Source: Candidatus Omnitrophota bacterium
GTDB taxonomy: Bacteria; Omnitrophota; Gorgyraeia; 1-14-0-20-64-10
Assembly: GCA_023818695.1 (NCBI GenBank)
Contig: JAMWCF010000001.1
Location: 3,538 to 67,537 of the forward strand
DNA: 64,000 nt
Reading direction: 5' to 3'
Made by a program: the position numbers and the translations under genes. Positions 9,628 through 20,086 of this stretch are shown here, in pieces. The notes below the pieces were generated by a model that was not told where the DNA came from, ran no database searches, and was given only the letters and a program-made list of their open reading frames with translations. Positions within the stretch are counted from its first letter, which is position 1. Each line of letters starts with the position of its first letter.

Positions 9628-10923
9628 ATGATACCCCGCTACACCCCACCCGACATTGGCCGGATTTGGACGGAGGAGTATCGCTTCCAAAAGATGCTGG
9701 AGGTCGAGCTCCTGGCGTGCGAAGCTCTATCCCGGCTGGGCATCGTGCCGGCCGCCGCCGTTCGGCGGATTCGGCGCAAGGCCAAACTGGACGTTCAGCG
9801 GATCGGAAAGAGGGAAGGAAGGACCCGCCATGATGTGGTGGCTTTCCTGGAGGAGCTGGCGCACCATGTGGGACCGGATGCCCAGTACCTTCATCTGGGA
9901 TTGACCTCCAGCGATGCCCTGGATACCGCCACCGGCGTTCAGCTGAAAGAGTCGGTCGCCATCCTCCTGCGCGATCTGGAGAAACTGCGGCGCGCTGTCC
10001 GGCGGAAGGCGATTCGCTACAAGCAGACCGTCTGCATGGGTCGCACGCACGGCGTTCACGCGGAGCCGACCACCTGGGGGTTGAAGCTGGCCGTCTCCTA
10101 TGCCGAGTTGACCCGGGCCCTGCGGCTTCTTTCCGACGCGGGCAAACAGGTGTCGGTGGGAAAAATTTCAGGCGCCGTCGGAACATACGCCCATCTGAAC
10201 CCCGCCGTCGAAAAATACATCTGCCGGAAGCTGGGCTTGACCCCCGCGCCGATCTCCACCCAGGTGGTGCCCCGGGACGGCTATGCCGTTTTCCTCTGCG
10301 CTGTGGCGGCGGTCGGCGGCATGCTGGAGCGGTTCGCCACCGAGATACGGCACCTGCAGAGGACGGAGGTCCTGGAGGCGGAAGAGCCGTTCGGGCAGGG
10401 GCAGACCGGCTCCTCCGCGATGCCGCATAAGCGCAACCCGGTCGCCTGCGAGCGGGTGAGCGGGCTGGCTCGCCTTCTGCGGGGCTACGGCGTGGCGTCG
10501 CTGGAGAACATCGCCCTGTGGCATGAGAGGGACATTACCCACTCCTCGGTGGAGCGGGTGATCCTGCCGGATGCCGTGATTGTTCTGGATTACATGCTGC
10601 TGGAAATGACCCGGGTGGTGCAGGGAATGAAAGTCTATCCGCAGAGGATGCGTTCGAACGTCGGCCTGACCCGCGGGCTGATTTTCTCGGAATCGGTGCT
10701 GCTGGCTTTGATGAAGAAAGGATTGACACGGGTGGAGGCGTACAAGATCGTCCAGCGCAACGCCTTGGCCGCCTGGAAGGGGGGGGCCGATTTCCAGACC
10801 CGTCTGCGGGCGGACCGGGACGTCTCGACACGATTGAGTCGGAGGGAGCTGGAGGGCTGTTTTGATTTGAAGCGGCACACAAAGCATGTGAATTTCATTT
10901 TCAGACGGGTAGGGCTTTCCTGA
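9628..10923 (+). CDS. purB: Adenylosuccinate lyase PurB
   Basis: MIPRYTPPDIGRIWTEEYRFQKMLEVE...GLTSSD fumarate-lyase motifs; the track ORF extends upstream but the first plausible start is M at 9628. Confidence 0.92.
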   Translation: MIPRYTPPDIGRIWTEEYRFQKMLEVELLACEALSRLGIVPAAAVRRIRRKAKLDVQRIGKREGRTRHDVVAFLEELAHHVGPDAQYLHLGLTSSDALDTATGVQLKESVAILLRDLEKLRRAVRRKAIRYKQTVCMGRTHGVHAEPTTWGLKLAVSYAELTRALRLLSDAGKQVSVGKISGAVGTYAHLNPAVEKYICRKLGLTPAPISTQVVPRDGYAVFLCAVAAVGGMLERFATEIRHLQRTEVLEAEEPFGQGQTGSSAMPHKRNPVACERVSGLARLLRGYGVASLENIALWHERDITHSSVERVILPDAVIVLDYMLLEMTRVVQGMKVYPQRMRSNVGLTRGLIFSESVLLALMKKGLTRVEAYKIVQRNALAAWKGGADFQTRLRADRDVSTRLSRRELEGCFDLKRHTKHVNFIFRRVGLS

Positions 10924-13883
10924 TGGGTTCCGACCGGCCCAGAACCACAACCGGTACCTGCTGGCGGTTCGTCGTCCGCCAGAAAGAGGAGTTCCCGGAG
11001 CCGTCGGGAAGGGGGCTCAAGGGGGATATCCAGGACCTGGGGATCACCGCCGTCGAGGAGGTCCGGGCGGCCTCCGTTTACTACTGCGCCGGCTCTTTGA
11101 GCCCCGGGGATCTTCAGCGGATCGCCCGTTCCCTTCTGGTCGACCCGATCACACAGGAGGCGGAGATTCAGGAGCTTTCTCTGGAAAAAGAAGGGGCCGC
11201 CGTTTCCTCGGAAGAGATCTTTCGTGTTGAGGACGGAACTGTCACGGTCGAGGTCGGCTACCGTCCGGGCGTCAGGGATCCTGTGGAGGAGTCGTTCAAG
11301 AGGGGGGCGCTGGAGCTGGGCATCCGCGGCCTGCAGAGAGTGCATACCGCTGTTGAATACGCCTTGAAGGGCCGGCTCGACGCCGGGACGGTCGACCGGA
11401 TCTGCGAGAAGCTCCTGGTCAACCCCACCATCCAGCAGGTGGTGACGCCGGAACATATCCGGCTGCTGTTCCAGGGGGTCGCGCCGACGCCGATCCCGAT
11501 TGAATCGGTCCCCATTCTGCAGGCCAATGACACCGTGCTGCAGCGGATCGGCATGGATTACCAGCTGTCCTTGAACCTGGAGGAGATGCGGGCCATCCAG
11601 GCCTATTACCGGCAGGAAAAAAGGGAACCGACTCTCATCGAGCTGGAGACGCTGGCGCAGACCTGGTCCGAGCACTGCAAGCACAAGACCCTGCGGGGGC
11701 CGATCGTCTACACTGAAGAGACCCCTTCCGGTCCCCGCAAGAGGACGATCCCCTCTCTCCTGAAGGAGACGATCGTCAAAGCGACCGAAGAGCTGGCTAG
11801 GCCCTGGTGCGTTTCCGTTTTCGAGGACAACTCCGGCGTGATCCGGTTCGATGAGGAGTATCACGTCTGCTTCAAGGTGGAGACCCACAACCATCCCTCC
11901 GCTTTGGAGCCGTTCGGCGGCGCCGCCACCGGCATCGGCGGGGTGATCCGGGATATCCTGGGGACCGGCCTGGGGGCGAAACCCGTCGCCTCCACCGACG
12001 TTTTCTGTTTCGCGCCGCCGGACACCCCCCCGGAGAAGGTGCCTCCCGGTATGCTTCATCCGCGCCGGATCATCAAAGGGGTGGTGGCCGGCGTCAAGGA
12101 TTACGGAAACAAGATGGGGATCCCGACGGTCAACGGTTCGGTCCTTTTCGATGAGCGCTTTGTGGGAAACCCGCTTGTCTATTGCGGCAACGTCGGCCTT
12201 CTGCCGAAGGACAAAGCGGTCAAGGAGGTTCGGCCCGGCATGGCGGTGGTCGCCGTGGGCGGGCGGACCGGGCGGGACGGCATCCATGGCGCCACCTTCT
12301 CATCGATCCCCTTGAGCCAGGAGTCGGAGGTCATCTCCTCCACTGCCGTCCAGATCGGAGACCCGATCACCGAAAAAAGGTTGGCCGACGCGCTGCTGGA
12401 GGCGAGGGACGAAGGTCTTTATGCCGCCGTGACCGATTGCGGGGCAGGCGGTTTCTCCAGCGCGGTGGGGGAAATGGGGGCCGGCTGCGGCGTCCGGATC
12501 TACCTGGAGAAGGTCCCCCTGAAGTATGAGGGTCTGACGCCGGCGGAGATCTGGATCTCGGAATCGCAGGAGCGGATGGTGCTGGCGGTCCCGCAGGCGA
12601 ATCTGGAGCGGCTCATCGCGCTCTTCGGCCGCCATGGGGTGGAGGCGGCGGCGATCGGCGAATTCACGCAGACCGGCCGGCTTGAGCTTTACCACAAGAC
12701 GGAGATGGTTGGCCAGCTGGATATGAAATTTCTGCATGAGGGGGTCCCACAGGTTGTCCGCCCGGCCCGCTGGACGCCGCCGTCTCTTCAAGAGCCGGTG
12801 ATCCCCGCCGCGGCGGAGCTGACCGGGGACCTACTGACCCTGTTGGGCCGGTGGGAGACCTGCAGCAAAGAATGGATCATCCGGCGCTACGACCATGAGG
12901 TGCAGGGGGGGTCGGTTTTAAAGCCGCTGACCGGCGTCCGCCACCAGGGACCTTCGGACGCGGCGGTCCTGCGTCCCCGCCTGGACTCGAAGAAAGGGAT
13001 CATCCTCTCCAACGGCATCAATTTCCGGTACGGGGATATCGACCCCTATTGGATGGCGGTCCTGGCGGTGGAGGAGGCGCTCCGGCAGGTGGCGGCGGTC
13101 GGCGGTTCGCTGGACCAGGCGGCGATTCTGGACAATTTCTGCTGGGGGGACCCGACCCGGGTGGAGGTGCTGGGGTCCCTGGTGCGGGCCGCGTTCGGCT
13201 GTTACGACGCGGCGGCGGCCTTCGGGACGCCGTTCATTTCCGGCAAGGATTCTCTCCACAACGAATACCGGTTCCAGGAGAAGACGATCCAGATCCCGGG
13301 AACCCTGTTGATCTCCGCCATCGCCGTCATCCCGGATGCCGGCGCCGTCGTTTCGATGGATGCCAAGAAAGCCGGCAGCGCCCTGTACCTGACAGGCGTC
13401 ACGAAAGCGGAATTGGGAGGTTCCTCTTATTACCATTCCAAAGGGTTTCTGGGATCATCGGTTCCCCGTGTCGATCTTCAGAAGGCGCCGGCGATCCTGC
13501 GACTCGTCTCCAGATCGATCCGGGAAGGAATGGCGATTGCCGCCCACGATCTTTCCGAAGGAGGGCTCGGCGTGGCGGCGGCGGAGATGGCTTTCGCCGG
13601 AGGAATCGGGATGAGCATCGATCTGCGGGAGGTCGTGCGTCAGGAGGGGATGAGGGATGACCAGATCCTTTTTTCAGAGTCTCCCACCCGTTTCCTGCTG
13701 GAAGTTCCGGCGGAGAAAGAGGAGGCATTCCGGACGTTGTGGAAAGGGCATCCCTGCGCCCGGATCGGCCGCATGGAAGGGATCCCGGTTTTTCGTGTCA
13801 CTGGATTATCAGGCCGGCAGGTCGTGCAGGCCCCTCTGGGGACTTTGCAGGAGGCCTGGCAGCGCCCGTTCCAGGGGTGGTGA
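10923..13883 (+). CDS. purL: Phosphoribosylformylglycinamidine synthase PurL with fused N-terminal PurS-like domain(s) (PurS-PurL fusion, 986 aa)
   Basis: N-terminal ~240 aa contain PurS-like segments (VEVGYRPGVRDPVEES...GIRGLQRVHTAVEYALKG) followed by a small-type PurL AIR-synthase-like core; TGATG overlap with purB. Confidence 0.9.
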   Translation: MGSDRPRTTTGTCWRFVVRQKEEFPEPSGRGLKGDIQDLGITAVEEVRAASVYYCAGSLSPGDLQRIARSLLVDPITQEAEIQELSLEKEGAAVSSEEIFRVEDGTVTVEVGYRPGVRDPVEESFKRGALELGIRGLQRVHTAVEYALKGRLDAGTVDRICEKLLVNPTIQQVVTPEHIRLLFQGVAPTPIPIESVPILQANDTVLQRIGMDYQLSLNLEEMRAIQAYYRQEKREPTLIELETLAQTWSEHCKHKTLRGPIVYTEETPSGPRKRTIPSLLKETIVKATEELARPWCVSVFEDNSGVIRFDEEYHVCFKVETHNHPSALEPFGGAATGIGGVIRDILGTGLGAKPVASTDVFCFAPPDTPPEKVPPGMLHPRRIIKGVVAGVKDYGNKMGIPTVNGSVLFDERFVGNPLVYCGNVGLLPKDKAVKEVRPGMAVVAVGGRTGRDGIHGATFSSIPLSQESEVISSTAVQIGDPITEKRLADALLEARDEGLYAAVTDCGAGGFSSAVGEMGAGCGVRIYLEKVPLKYEGLTPAEIWISESQERMVLAVPQANLERLIALFGRHGVEAAAIGEFTQTGRLELYHKTEMVGQLDMKFLHEGVPQVVRPARWTPPSLQEPVIPAAAELTGDLLTLLGRWETCSKEWIIRRYDHEVQGGSVLKPLTGVRHQGPSDAAVLRPRLDSKKGIILSNGINFRYGDIDPYWMAVLAVEEALRQVAAVGGSLDQAAILDNFCWGDPTRVEVLGSLVRAAFGCYDAAAAFGTPFISGKDSLHNEYRFQEKTIQIPGTLLISAIAVIPDAGAVVSMDAKKAGSALYLTGVTKAELGGSSYYHSKGFLGSSVPRVDLQKAPAILRLVSRSIREGMAIAAHDLSEGGLGVAAAEMAFAGGIGMSIDLREVVRQEGMRDDQILFSESPTRFLLEVPAEKEEAFRTLWKGHPCARIGRMEGIPVFRVTGLSGRQVVQAPLGTLQEAWQRPFQGW

Positions 13884-13886
13884 GAT

Positions 13887-14675
13887 ATGGCCGCCGCCGT
13901 GAAGGTTGCCGTTTTGAAGGGGCCCGGGACGAACTGCGATCAGGAGACTGCCTTCGCCTTTGAGCAGGCCGGGGCGCGGCCCGATTTTGTCTGGATCGAG
14001 CAGTTGAAAGAGAACCCGGCGGTTCTCTCCGGCTACCAGATCCTGGCTATCCCGGGGGGGTTCACCTACGGCGACGACCTGGGGGCGGGCCGCCTGATGG
14101 CGAATGAATTGACCGGCCGGCTGAAAGATGCGCTGGTTGACTTCCTAAAGCAGCAGAAACTGGTGATCGGGATCTGCAACGGGTTCCAAGTGCTCGTCAA
14201 AGCCGGGATCCTGCCGGGCGGCGCCGTGGGGTCGCCGCAGGAGGCGACGCTCACCTTCAATGATTCCGGGAAGTTTGAGGACAGGTGGGTTTATCTGCGC
14301 CAGGAGTTCAACGTCTGCGTCTGGACGCAGGGGATGGAGGAGCTGCTGGAGCTGCCGGTTGCGCACGGAGAAGGGAAGTTCGTCGTGAAAGACCAGACCG
14401 TTCTGGAGCAGCTGCTCGGTTACGGGCAGATCGCTTTCCATTACTGTGATCCGCAGGGCAATGAAGCGGGCTATCCCTGGAACCCCAACGGCTCGGTGGG
14501 GGCGATCGCCGGCATCTGCGACCCCTCCGGCAGGATTTTCGGGCTCATGCCTCATCCGGAACGGCACATGTTCGCTTTGCAGCATCCCCGATGGCAGCGG
14601 GAGGGACTGGCCGGTCCGGGACAGGGTCTGCGGATCTTCAGGAACGGCGTCGAATGGGTTCAGAAACGAGGATAA
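13887..14675 (+). CDS. purQ: Phosphoribosylformylglycinamidine synthase glutaminase subunit PurQ
   Basis: Class-I glutamine amidotransferase with catalytic Cys in GICNGFQ; sits between purL and purF. Confidence 0.9.
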   Translation: MAAAVKVAVLKGPGTNCDQETAFAFEQAGARPDFVWIEQLKENPAVLSGYQILAIPGGFTYGDDLGAGRLMANELTGRLKDALVDFLKQQKLVIGICNGFQVLVKAGILPGGAVGSPQEATLTFNDSGKFEDRWVYLRQEFNVCVWTQGMEELLELPVAHGEGKFVVKDQTVLEQLLGYGQIAFHYCDPQGNEAGYPWNPNGSVGAIAGICDPSGRIFGLMPHPERHMFALQHPRWQREGLAGPGQGLRIFRNGVEWVQKRG

Positions 14676-14678
14676 GCC

Positions 14679-16118
14679 ATGGGTGAGGATCTGAAGGAGC
14701 ACTGCGGGCTGTTCGGGATCTACAACCATCCCGAGGCCGCCCGTCTGACCTACATGGGGCTTTTCTCCCTTCAGCACAGGGGAGAGGAATCGGCCGGCAT
14801 CGTTTCCTCCGATGGCCGGACGCTGTATAAGCATGTGGGGATGGGCCTGGTCGAGGAGGTCTTCTCCGAAGAGGACCTGAACCTTCTGAAGGGCCGTTCG
14901 GCCATTGGGCACACCCGCTATTCCACGACCGGCTCCAGCTTGTTGAGGAACGCCCAGCCGCTGCAGGTCGATTTTTCCAGGGGATCCCTGGCGATCGCGC
15001 ACAACGGCAACCTGATCAACGCCCTTTTCCTGCGGGACGAGCTGGAGGCCCACGGCTCCATCTTCCAGACGACGATCGATTCGGAGGTGATCCTTCACCT
15101 GCTGGCCGATCCGCGCTACGCCCATTTCGAAGAGGCACTGACCGACAGTCTGCTCAAACTCAAAGGGGCCTTTTCGCTCATCCTCTTGAGAGAAGATGAG
15201 TTGATCGGCGTCCGGGACCCCAACGGCTTTCGCCCGCTGTGCCTGGGCAGGTTGGGGGACTCGGCGATCCTGGCCTCGGAAACCTGCGCCCTGGACCTGC
15301 TGGGGGCCGAGTTCGTGAGGGAGGTGGAGCCGGGGGAGGTGGTGATCATCAACCGGGACGGCATCCGCAGCGTAAGACCTTTCCCGCCCACCCAGCACTC
15401 CCACTGCATCTTCGAGCATGTCTACTTCGCGCGCCCCGATTCTTATGTTTTCGGGGAGTCGGTCCACCAGGTCCGCCAGCAGCTCGGCCGCCGGTTGGCC
15501 AAGGAGCATCCCGCCGACGCCGATGTCGTAATTGCCATCCCGGACTCGGGGAACTCCGCGGCGCTGGGCTACTCCCTGGAGTCAGGGATCCCCTTCGAGG
15601 TCGGCATGACCCGCAACCACTACGTGGGGCGTACCTTCATCCAGCCCAGCCAGCAGACCAGGGATTTCCAGGTCCGGATGAAGTTCAACCCGGTCAAGGC
15701 CACGCTGGCCGGCAAGAGGGTGGTAGTGATCGACGATTCGATCGTTCGGGGAACCACCTGCAAGGTTCGCTTGAAATCGATCCGGGCGGCCGGCGCCAAG
15801 GAGATCCACATGAGGGTCTCGTGCCCTCCGATCATGCACCCCTGCTTTTACGGCATCGATTTTCCGACGAAAAAGGAGCTGATCGCCTGCAGCCATTCCG
15901 TCGAGGAGATCCGAAAATTCCTGGAGGTGGATTCGCTCGGTTTCATTTCGCTGGAAGGGTTGTTGAGCGCCGTGAAACAAAGAAGCAGCTACTGCACGGC
16001 CTGTTATTCCGGCAAGTACCCGCTTCCTTTCGGGAAAGAGGCCAGCAAATATATCCTGGAACGGAAATTCGCGGGTGAGGCCAGACCCGCGTCGGCCGGC
16101 GAGCGGGACCCGAAATGA
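14679..16118 (+). CDS. purF: Amidophosphoribosyltransferase PurF
   Basis: N-terminal nucleophile CGLFGI after Met; PRTase motif VVIDDSIVRGTT; [4Fe-4S] cysteines at the C-terminus. Confidence 0.92.
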   Translation: MGEDLKEHCGLFGIYNHPEAARLTYMGLFSLQHRGEESAGIVSSDGRTLYKHVGMGLVEEVFSEEDLNLLKGRSAIGHTRYSTTGSSLLRNAQPLQVDFSRGSLAIAHNGNLINALFLRDELEAHGSIFQTTIDSEVILHLLADPRYAHFEEALTDSLLKLKGAFSLILLREDELIGVRDPNGFRPLCLGRLGDSAILASETCALDLLGAEFVREVEPGEVVIINRDGIRSVRPFPPTQHSHCIFEHVYFARPDSYVFGESVHQVRQQLGRRLAKEHPADADVVIAIPDSGNSAALGYSLESGIPFEVGMTRNHYVGRTFIQPSQQTRDFQVRMKFNPVKATLAGKRVVVIDDSIVRGTTCKVRLKSIRAAGAKEIHMRVSCPPIMHPCFYGIDFPTKKELIACSHSVEEIRKFLEVDSLGFISLEGLLSAVKQRSSYCTACYSGKYPLPFGKEASKYILERKFAGEARPASAGERDPK

Positions 16119-17119
16119 AGACTTACAAACAGGCGGGCGTCGATGTCGGCGGGGCCGACCGCTTTATCCGGGTCATCGGCTTGATGGCGAAGCGGACCGG
16201 CCGCCACGGCGTGATCCAGGGGATCGGCTCCTTCGGCGGTCTTTTTCATCTGAATTCAGGGGCCGGGCATGACTCGGTTCTGGTGGCCTCCGCCGACGGG
16301 GTCGGCACAAAACTGTGTTTGGCTCGACTGGCCGGCTCTTACGGCTCCCTGGGGATCGATCTGGTGGCTATGAACGTCAACGACATTCTCTGCACAGGCG
16401 CCAGGCCCCTCTTTTTCCTGGACTACATAGCTGCCGGCAAACTCAAGCCGCGGGTTCTCATGCAGGTGATTCAGGGGATCGTCGAGGGCTGCCGTCAGGC
16501 CGGCTGCGTCCTTCTGGGGGGAGAAACCGCGCAGATGCCCCTGCTGTACAAGCCGGACGATTTCGACCTGGCCGGATTCGCGGTCGGCGTCGTCCAGCGG
16601 GGAGCGATCATTCAGGGGAAGGGAATCCGCCCCGGCGATCTGCTGGTGGGGCTCGCTTCCAGCGGGGTGCATTCCAACGGTTTTTCGCTGGTCCAGAAGG
16701 TTTTGTCGGCGAAAACGCTGAAGGCGAATGCGGTCGAGCTTTTAAAGCCGACCCGTATTTACGTCCGGCCGGTCCTGGACCTGATCCGGCGGGTGCCGGT
16801 CAAGGGGATCGCCCATATCACGGGCGGTTCGTTTGAAGGGAAACTGCCGAGAATTTTACCGGAAGGGTGCTCGGCGGTTTTAAAGCGCGGCAATTGGAAA
16901 GTTCCCCCTGTTTTCGGTCTGATCCGGGCCGGGGGGGTCTCTTCCGGGGAGATGTACCGGACGTTCAACATGGGGATCGGGATGATCCTGGTCCTTTCAC
17001 CCTCCCGCGCGGCGCAGGCCCGCCGGGTGCTGGACCGCCACCGCCTTGCCAACTGGGTGGTGGGCGAAGTTGTTGCGGGGCGGGGGAAAAGGGTTTTCAT
17101 CGAGGAGGGACGGGGTTGA
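16115..17119 (+). CDS. purM: Phosphoribosylformylglycinamidine cyclo-ligase PurM
   Basis: MKTYKQAGVDV... AIR synthase family; overlaps the purF stop. Confidence 0.92.
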   Translation: MKTYKQAGVDVGGADRFIRVIGLMAKRTGRHGVIQGIGSFGGLFHLNSGAGHDSVLVASADGVGTKLCLARLAGSYGSLGIDLVAMNVNDILCTGARPLFFLDYIAAGKLKPRVLMQVIQGIVEGCRQAGCVLLGGETAQMPLLYKPDDFDLAGFAVGVVQRGAIIQGKGIRPGDLLVGLASSGVHSNGFSLVQKVLSAKTLKANAVELLKPTRIYVRPVLDLIRRVPVKGIAHITGGSFEGKLPRILPEGCSAVLKRGNWKVPPVFGLIRAGGVSSGEMYRTFNMGIGMILVLSPSRAAQARRVLDRHRLANWVVGEVVAGRGKRVFIEEGRG

Positions 17120-18402
17120 GAATTCTTGTCGTGGGTTCCGGCGGCCGGGAACACGCCCTTATCTGGAAGTTGTCCAAGAGCCCGCAGGTCAAAAAGATCT
17201 TTGTGGCGCCCGGCAACGGCGGAATGAAGGACCTGGCGGAGTATCTGCCGCTGTCGGCCGATAAAACCGTCGAGCTGGCCGACTTCGCCCTTTCTTCCAG
17301 GATCGATCTGACGGTGGTCGGCCCGGAATTGCCGCTTGTCTCGGGCATCGTCGATTATTTCCAGTCCCGGGGGCTGAAGATTTTCGGTCCCTCCAAAGCG
17401 GCCGCCCGGCTGGAAGGGTCCAAGGCTTTCGCCAAATCGGTGATGGAGAAGTACGGCGTTCCCACGGCCCGGTGCCAGCTCTTTCAATCGCTTGAAGATG
17501 CCTCGGTTTATATTGAGAGGCATCCCGCCCCCCTTGTCATCAAGGCGGACGGGCTGGCTTCGGGCAAAGGGGTGATCGTCGCCCAGACGAAGGAGGAGGC
17601 GATCCGGGCGGCGACCTCCATCTTGAAAGACCGGATCTTCGGGGACTCGGGCAGGCAGATCCTCATCGAGGAATGCCTGACCGGCCAGGAGCTCTCGGTT
17701 CTGGCGTGCGTCGATGGGAAGAACTTTGTTCTCCTGGACTCCTCCCAGGACCACAAGAGGGCTTACGATGGAGACGTCGGTCCGAACACCGGCGGCATGG
17801 GGGCCTATTCACCCGTTCCGATGGTGGACGACCGGATGATGAAACAGATTGCCAAGACGATCTTTGAACCGGTCGTGCGCGGCATGGCGCTGGAAGGGTC
17901 CCCCTTCAAGGGGATCCTCTACGCCGGCCTCATGCTGACTCCGCAAGGTCCCAAGGTTTTGGAGTTCAATGTCCGGTTCGGCGATCCGGAAGCCCAGGCG
18001 ATTCTCCCGCGGCTGAAGTCCGATTTCCTCGAGTTAATTCTCGCGTCGTTGGAGGGGTGGTTGGACAAATACCAGGTTCAGTGGGATGAGCGCAGCTGCG
18101 CCTGCGTGGTCCTGGCTTCCAAGGGATATCCCGGCTCCTACGATATCGGCAGGGTGATATCCGGTCTTGACAAGGCCGCCGACCTGCCCGACACGATCGT
18201 TTTTCACGCCGGGACGGAGAGCGATAAGGGGCGGCTTCTGACGAAGGGAGGCCGGGTCTTGAACGTCGTTGGCATGGGGCATACGCTGGAGGCGGCGCTG
18301 GAGAAGGCCTACCACGGCGTGGACCTGATCGATTTCGAGGGCAAACAGTACCGGCGCGATATCGGTTCTCACGCTTTGAAATCGAAAATGAGCGTTCGCT
18401 GA
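17116..18402 (+). CDS. purD: Phosphoribosylamine-glycine ligase PurD (TTG start overlapping the purM stop)
   Basis: RILVVGSGGREHALIWKL N-terminus and ATP-grasp fold; the track ORF 16867 is an upstream in-frame read-through. Confidence 0.9.
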   Translation: MRILVVGSGGREHALIWKLSKSPQVKKIFVAPGNGGMKDLAEYLPLSADKTVELADFALSSRIDLTVVGPELPLVSGIVDYFQSRGLKIFGPSKAAARLEGSKAFAKSVMEKYGVPTARCQLFQSLEDASVYIERHPAPLVIKADGLASGKGVIVAQTKEEAIRAATSILKDRIFGDSGRQILIEECLTGQELSVLACVDGKNFVLLDSSQDHKRAYDGDVGPNTGGMGAYSPVPMVDDRMMKQIAKTIFEPVVRGMALEGSPFKGILYAGLMLTPQGPKVLEFNVRFGDPEAQAILPRLKSDFLELILASLEGWLDKYQVQWDERSCACVVLASKGYPGSYDIGRVISGLDKAADLPDTIVFHAGTESDKGRLLTKGGRVLNVVGMGHTLEAALEKAYHGVDLIDFEGKQYRRDIGSHALKSKMSVR

Positions 18403-18424
18403 TGCGGAAAAAGAAAGGAGTCAT

Positions 18425-18946
18425 TTGATGGCCAGGAAAGAACAGAAGCCGGTTGTGGGAATTCTCATGGGGTCCGATTCGGACCTTTCTACCATGCAGG
18501 AGGCGCGGTCCGTTCTGCAGGAAGCGGGTGTTCCGTGCGAAATCAGGGTTCTCTCGGCTCACAGGGCCCCCGAAGACACCGCTTCCTACGCTAAATCCGC
18601 GGCCGGCCGCGGAATCAAGGTGATCATCGCCGGCGCCGGAGGGGCCGCCCATTTGGCGGGAGTGCTGGCTTCCCATACCACCTTGCCCGTGATCGGCGTT
18701 CCGCTGGACGCCACCCTGTTCAAGGGGGTGGATTCTTATCTAAGCACTCTCCAGATGCCGCCGGGGATTCCCGTGGCGACCGTTTCCATCGGCAAGTGGG
18801 GCGCCCGCAACGCCGGCATCCTGGCCATGGAAATCTTAGCTCTCGGCGATAAGAAGCTGTCGGTCTTCCTGAAAGAGTTTAAGTCGAAACTCCGGCAGGG
18901 TGTTCTGGAAAAGGACAGAAAGCTGCAGGAGGCCTGCTGCGGTTGA
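18425..18946 (+). CDS. purE: N5-carboxyaminoimidazole ribonucleotide mutase PurE
   Basis: VGILMGSDSDL...VIIAGAGGAAHL PurE signature. Confidence 0.9.
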   Translation: MMARKEQKPVVGILMGSDSDLSTMQEARSVLQEAGVPCEIRVLSAHRAPEDTASYAKSAAGRGIKVIIAGAGGAAHLAGVLASHTTLPVIGVPLDATLFKGVDSYLSTLQMPPGIPVATVSIGKWGARNAGILAMEILALGDKKLSVFLKEFKSKLRQGVLEKDRKLQEACCG

Positions 18947-19572
18947 GGACGAAAATCATCAAGGTTGACGCGAACAACCCGGATCCGAAAGTGATCCGGG
19001 AAGCGGCCGATACCCTGCGCCGGGGCGGACTGGTCGCTTTTCCGACGGAGACGGTCTACGGGCTGGGGGCCAGTCTGCAGGACCCGCAGGCGATCCAGGA
19101 GCTGTATCGGGTCAAACAGCGGCCCTTCGAGAAGAAGGTTACCGTTCACATCTGGGATCTTCGGCAGGTGGAAGAGCAGGGGTGCCGAATGAATGAGATG
19201 GCCGCGGAACTGGCCGGCCGGTTTTGGCCGGGGCCGTTGACGGTGGTGTTGAAGCGCCGGGACGGCTCCACCCTGGGGTTCCGGATGCCGGACCACCCGG
19301 TGGCGTTGGCTTTGCTGAAAGAGGCCGACGTGCCGGTGGTAGCCCCCTCCGCGAACCTCTCCGGCTCCCCGGCCCCCCGAAGCGCGCCGGAGGTCCTCCG
19401 GGACCTGTCGGACGAGATCGACCTCCTGTTGGACGCCGGGCCGGCCCCCGTGGGGATCGAGTCAACCGTCCTGGACCTTTCGGGGCCGGTGCCTGTTTTG
19501 TTAAGAGCCGGCGCTTTGTCCTCCGACGTCAGCCGGTATCTTGAGAGGATTGGGGCGAGATCCCCCGGATGA
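18943..19572 (+). CDS. tsaC: L-threonylcarbamoyladenylate synthase (YrdC/Sua5/YwlC family)
   Basis: LVAFPTETVYGLGA YrdC-domain signature; overlaps the purE stop. Confidence 0.85.
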   Translation: MRTKIIKVDANNPDPKVIREAADTLRRGGLVAFPTETVYGLGASLQDPQAIQELYRVKQRPFEKKVTVHIWDLRQVEEQGCRMNEMAAELAGRFWPGPLTVVLKRRDGSTLGFRMPDHPVALALLKEADVPVVAPSANLSGSPAPRSAPEVLRDLSDEIDLLLDAGPAPVGIESTVLDLSGPVPVLLRAGALSSDVSRYLERIGARSPG

Positions 19573-20078
19573 AGAAAATCCTTTTTGTATGCACCGGCAA
19601 CAGCTGCCGTTCGGTGATGGCCGAGGGGCTCCTGAAGGATTACTTGAGCAAGAAAGGCAGAACGGATGTCCACGTTCTTTCCGCCGGTGTCAGCGCTTTC
19701 GGGGGGGCCGGTCCGACCCCCGAGACGGTGGAGGTGATGAGGGCGGAGCATATCGATGTTTCCAACCACATCAGCCAGCCGGTCACGCCGCAGCTGGTCA
19801 AAAACGCCGATATCGTTTTCTGCATGGAGCAGTTCCAGAGGGACATCCTGCTGACCCAGATCCCGGAGTCGGCAGGGAAGGTCCACCTGCTCAAGACCTT
19901 CCTGAACAAGCAGAGATTGGCCGATCCGAACATCGCCGACCCGATCGGAAGACCCAAGGAAGTTTACGAATCCTGTCTGATGACGATCAAGGAGGCGGTG
20001 GACCGGGTCGGCCGCTGGATCGTCGGTGAGTCCGGGACCCCGCAGCGGGGGGATGAGAAATGGGAAACGGAAGGGTGA
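19569..20078 (+). CDS. Low-molecular-weight protein tyrosine/arginine phosphatase (YwlE-like)
   Basis: P-loop FVCTGNSCRSVMAE (CX5R) at the N-terminus. Confidence 0.8.
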   Translation: MKKILFVCTGNSCRSVMAEGLLKDYLSKKGRTDVHVLSAGVSAFGGAGPTPETVEVMRAEHIDVSNHISQPVTPQLVKNADIVFCMEQFQRDILLTQIPESAGKVHLLKTFLNKQRLADPNIADPIGRPKEVYESCLMTIKEAVDRVGRWIVGESGTPQRGDEKWETEG

Positions 20079-20086
20079 AGGCCGGC

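Noticed and set aside
10635-12287. 550-aa minus-strand ORF opposite purL
   Set aside because: Antisense to the conserved PurL core; Arg/Pro/Gly-rich composition typical of GC-rich antisense frames.
14145-15509. 454-aa minus-strand ORF opposite purQ/purF
   Set aside because: Antisense to conserved genes; no start context; low-complexity composition.
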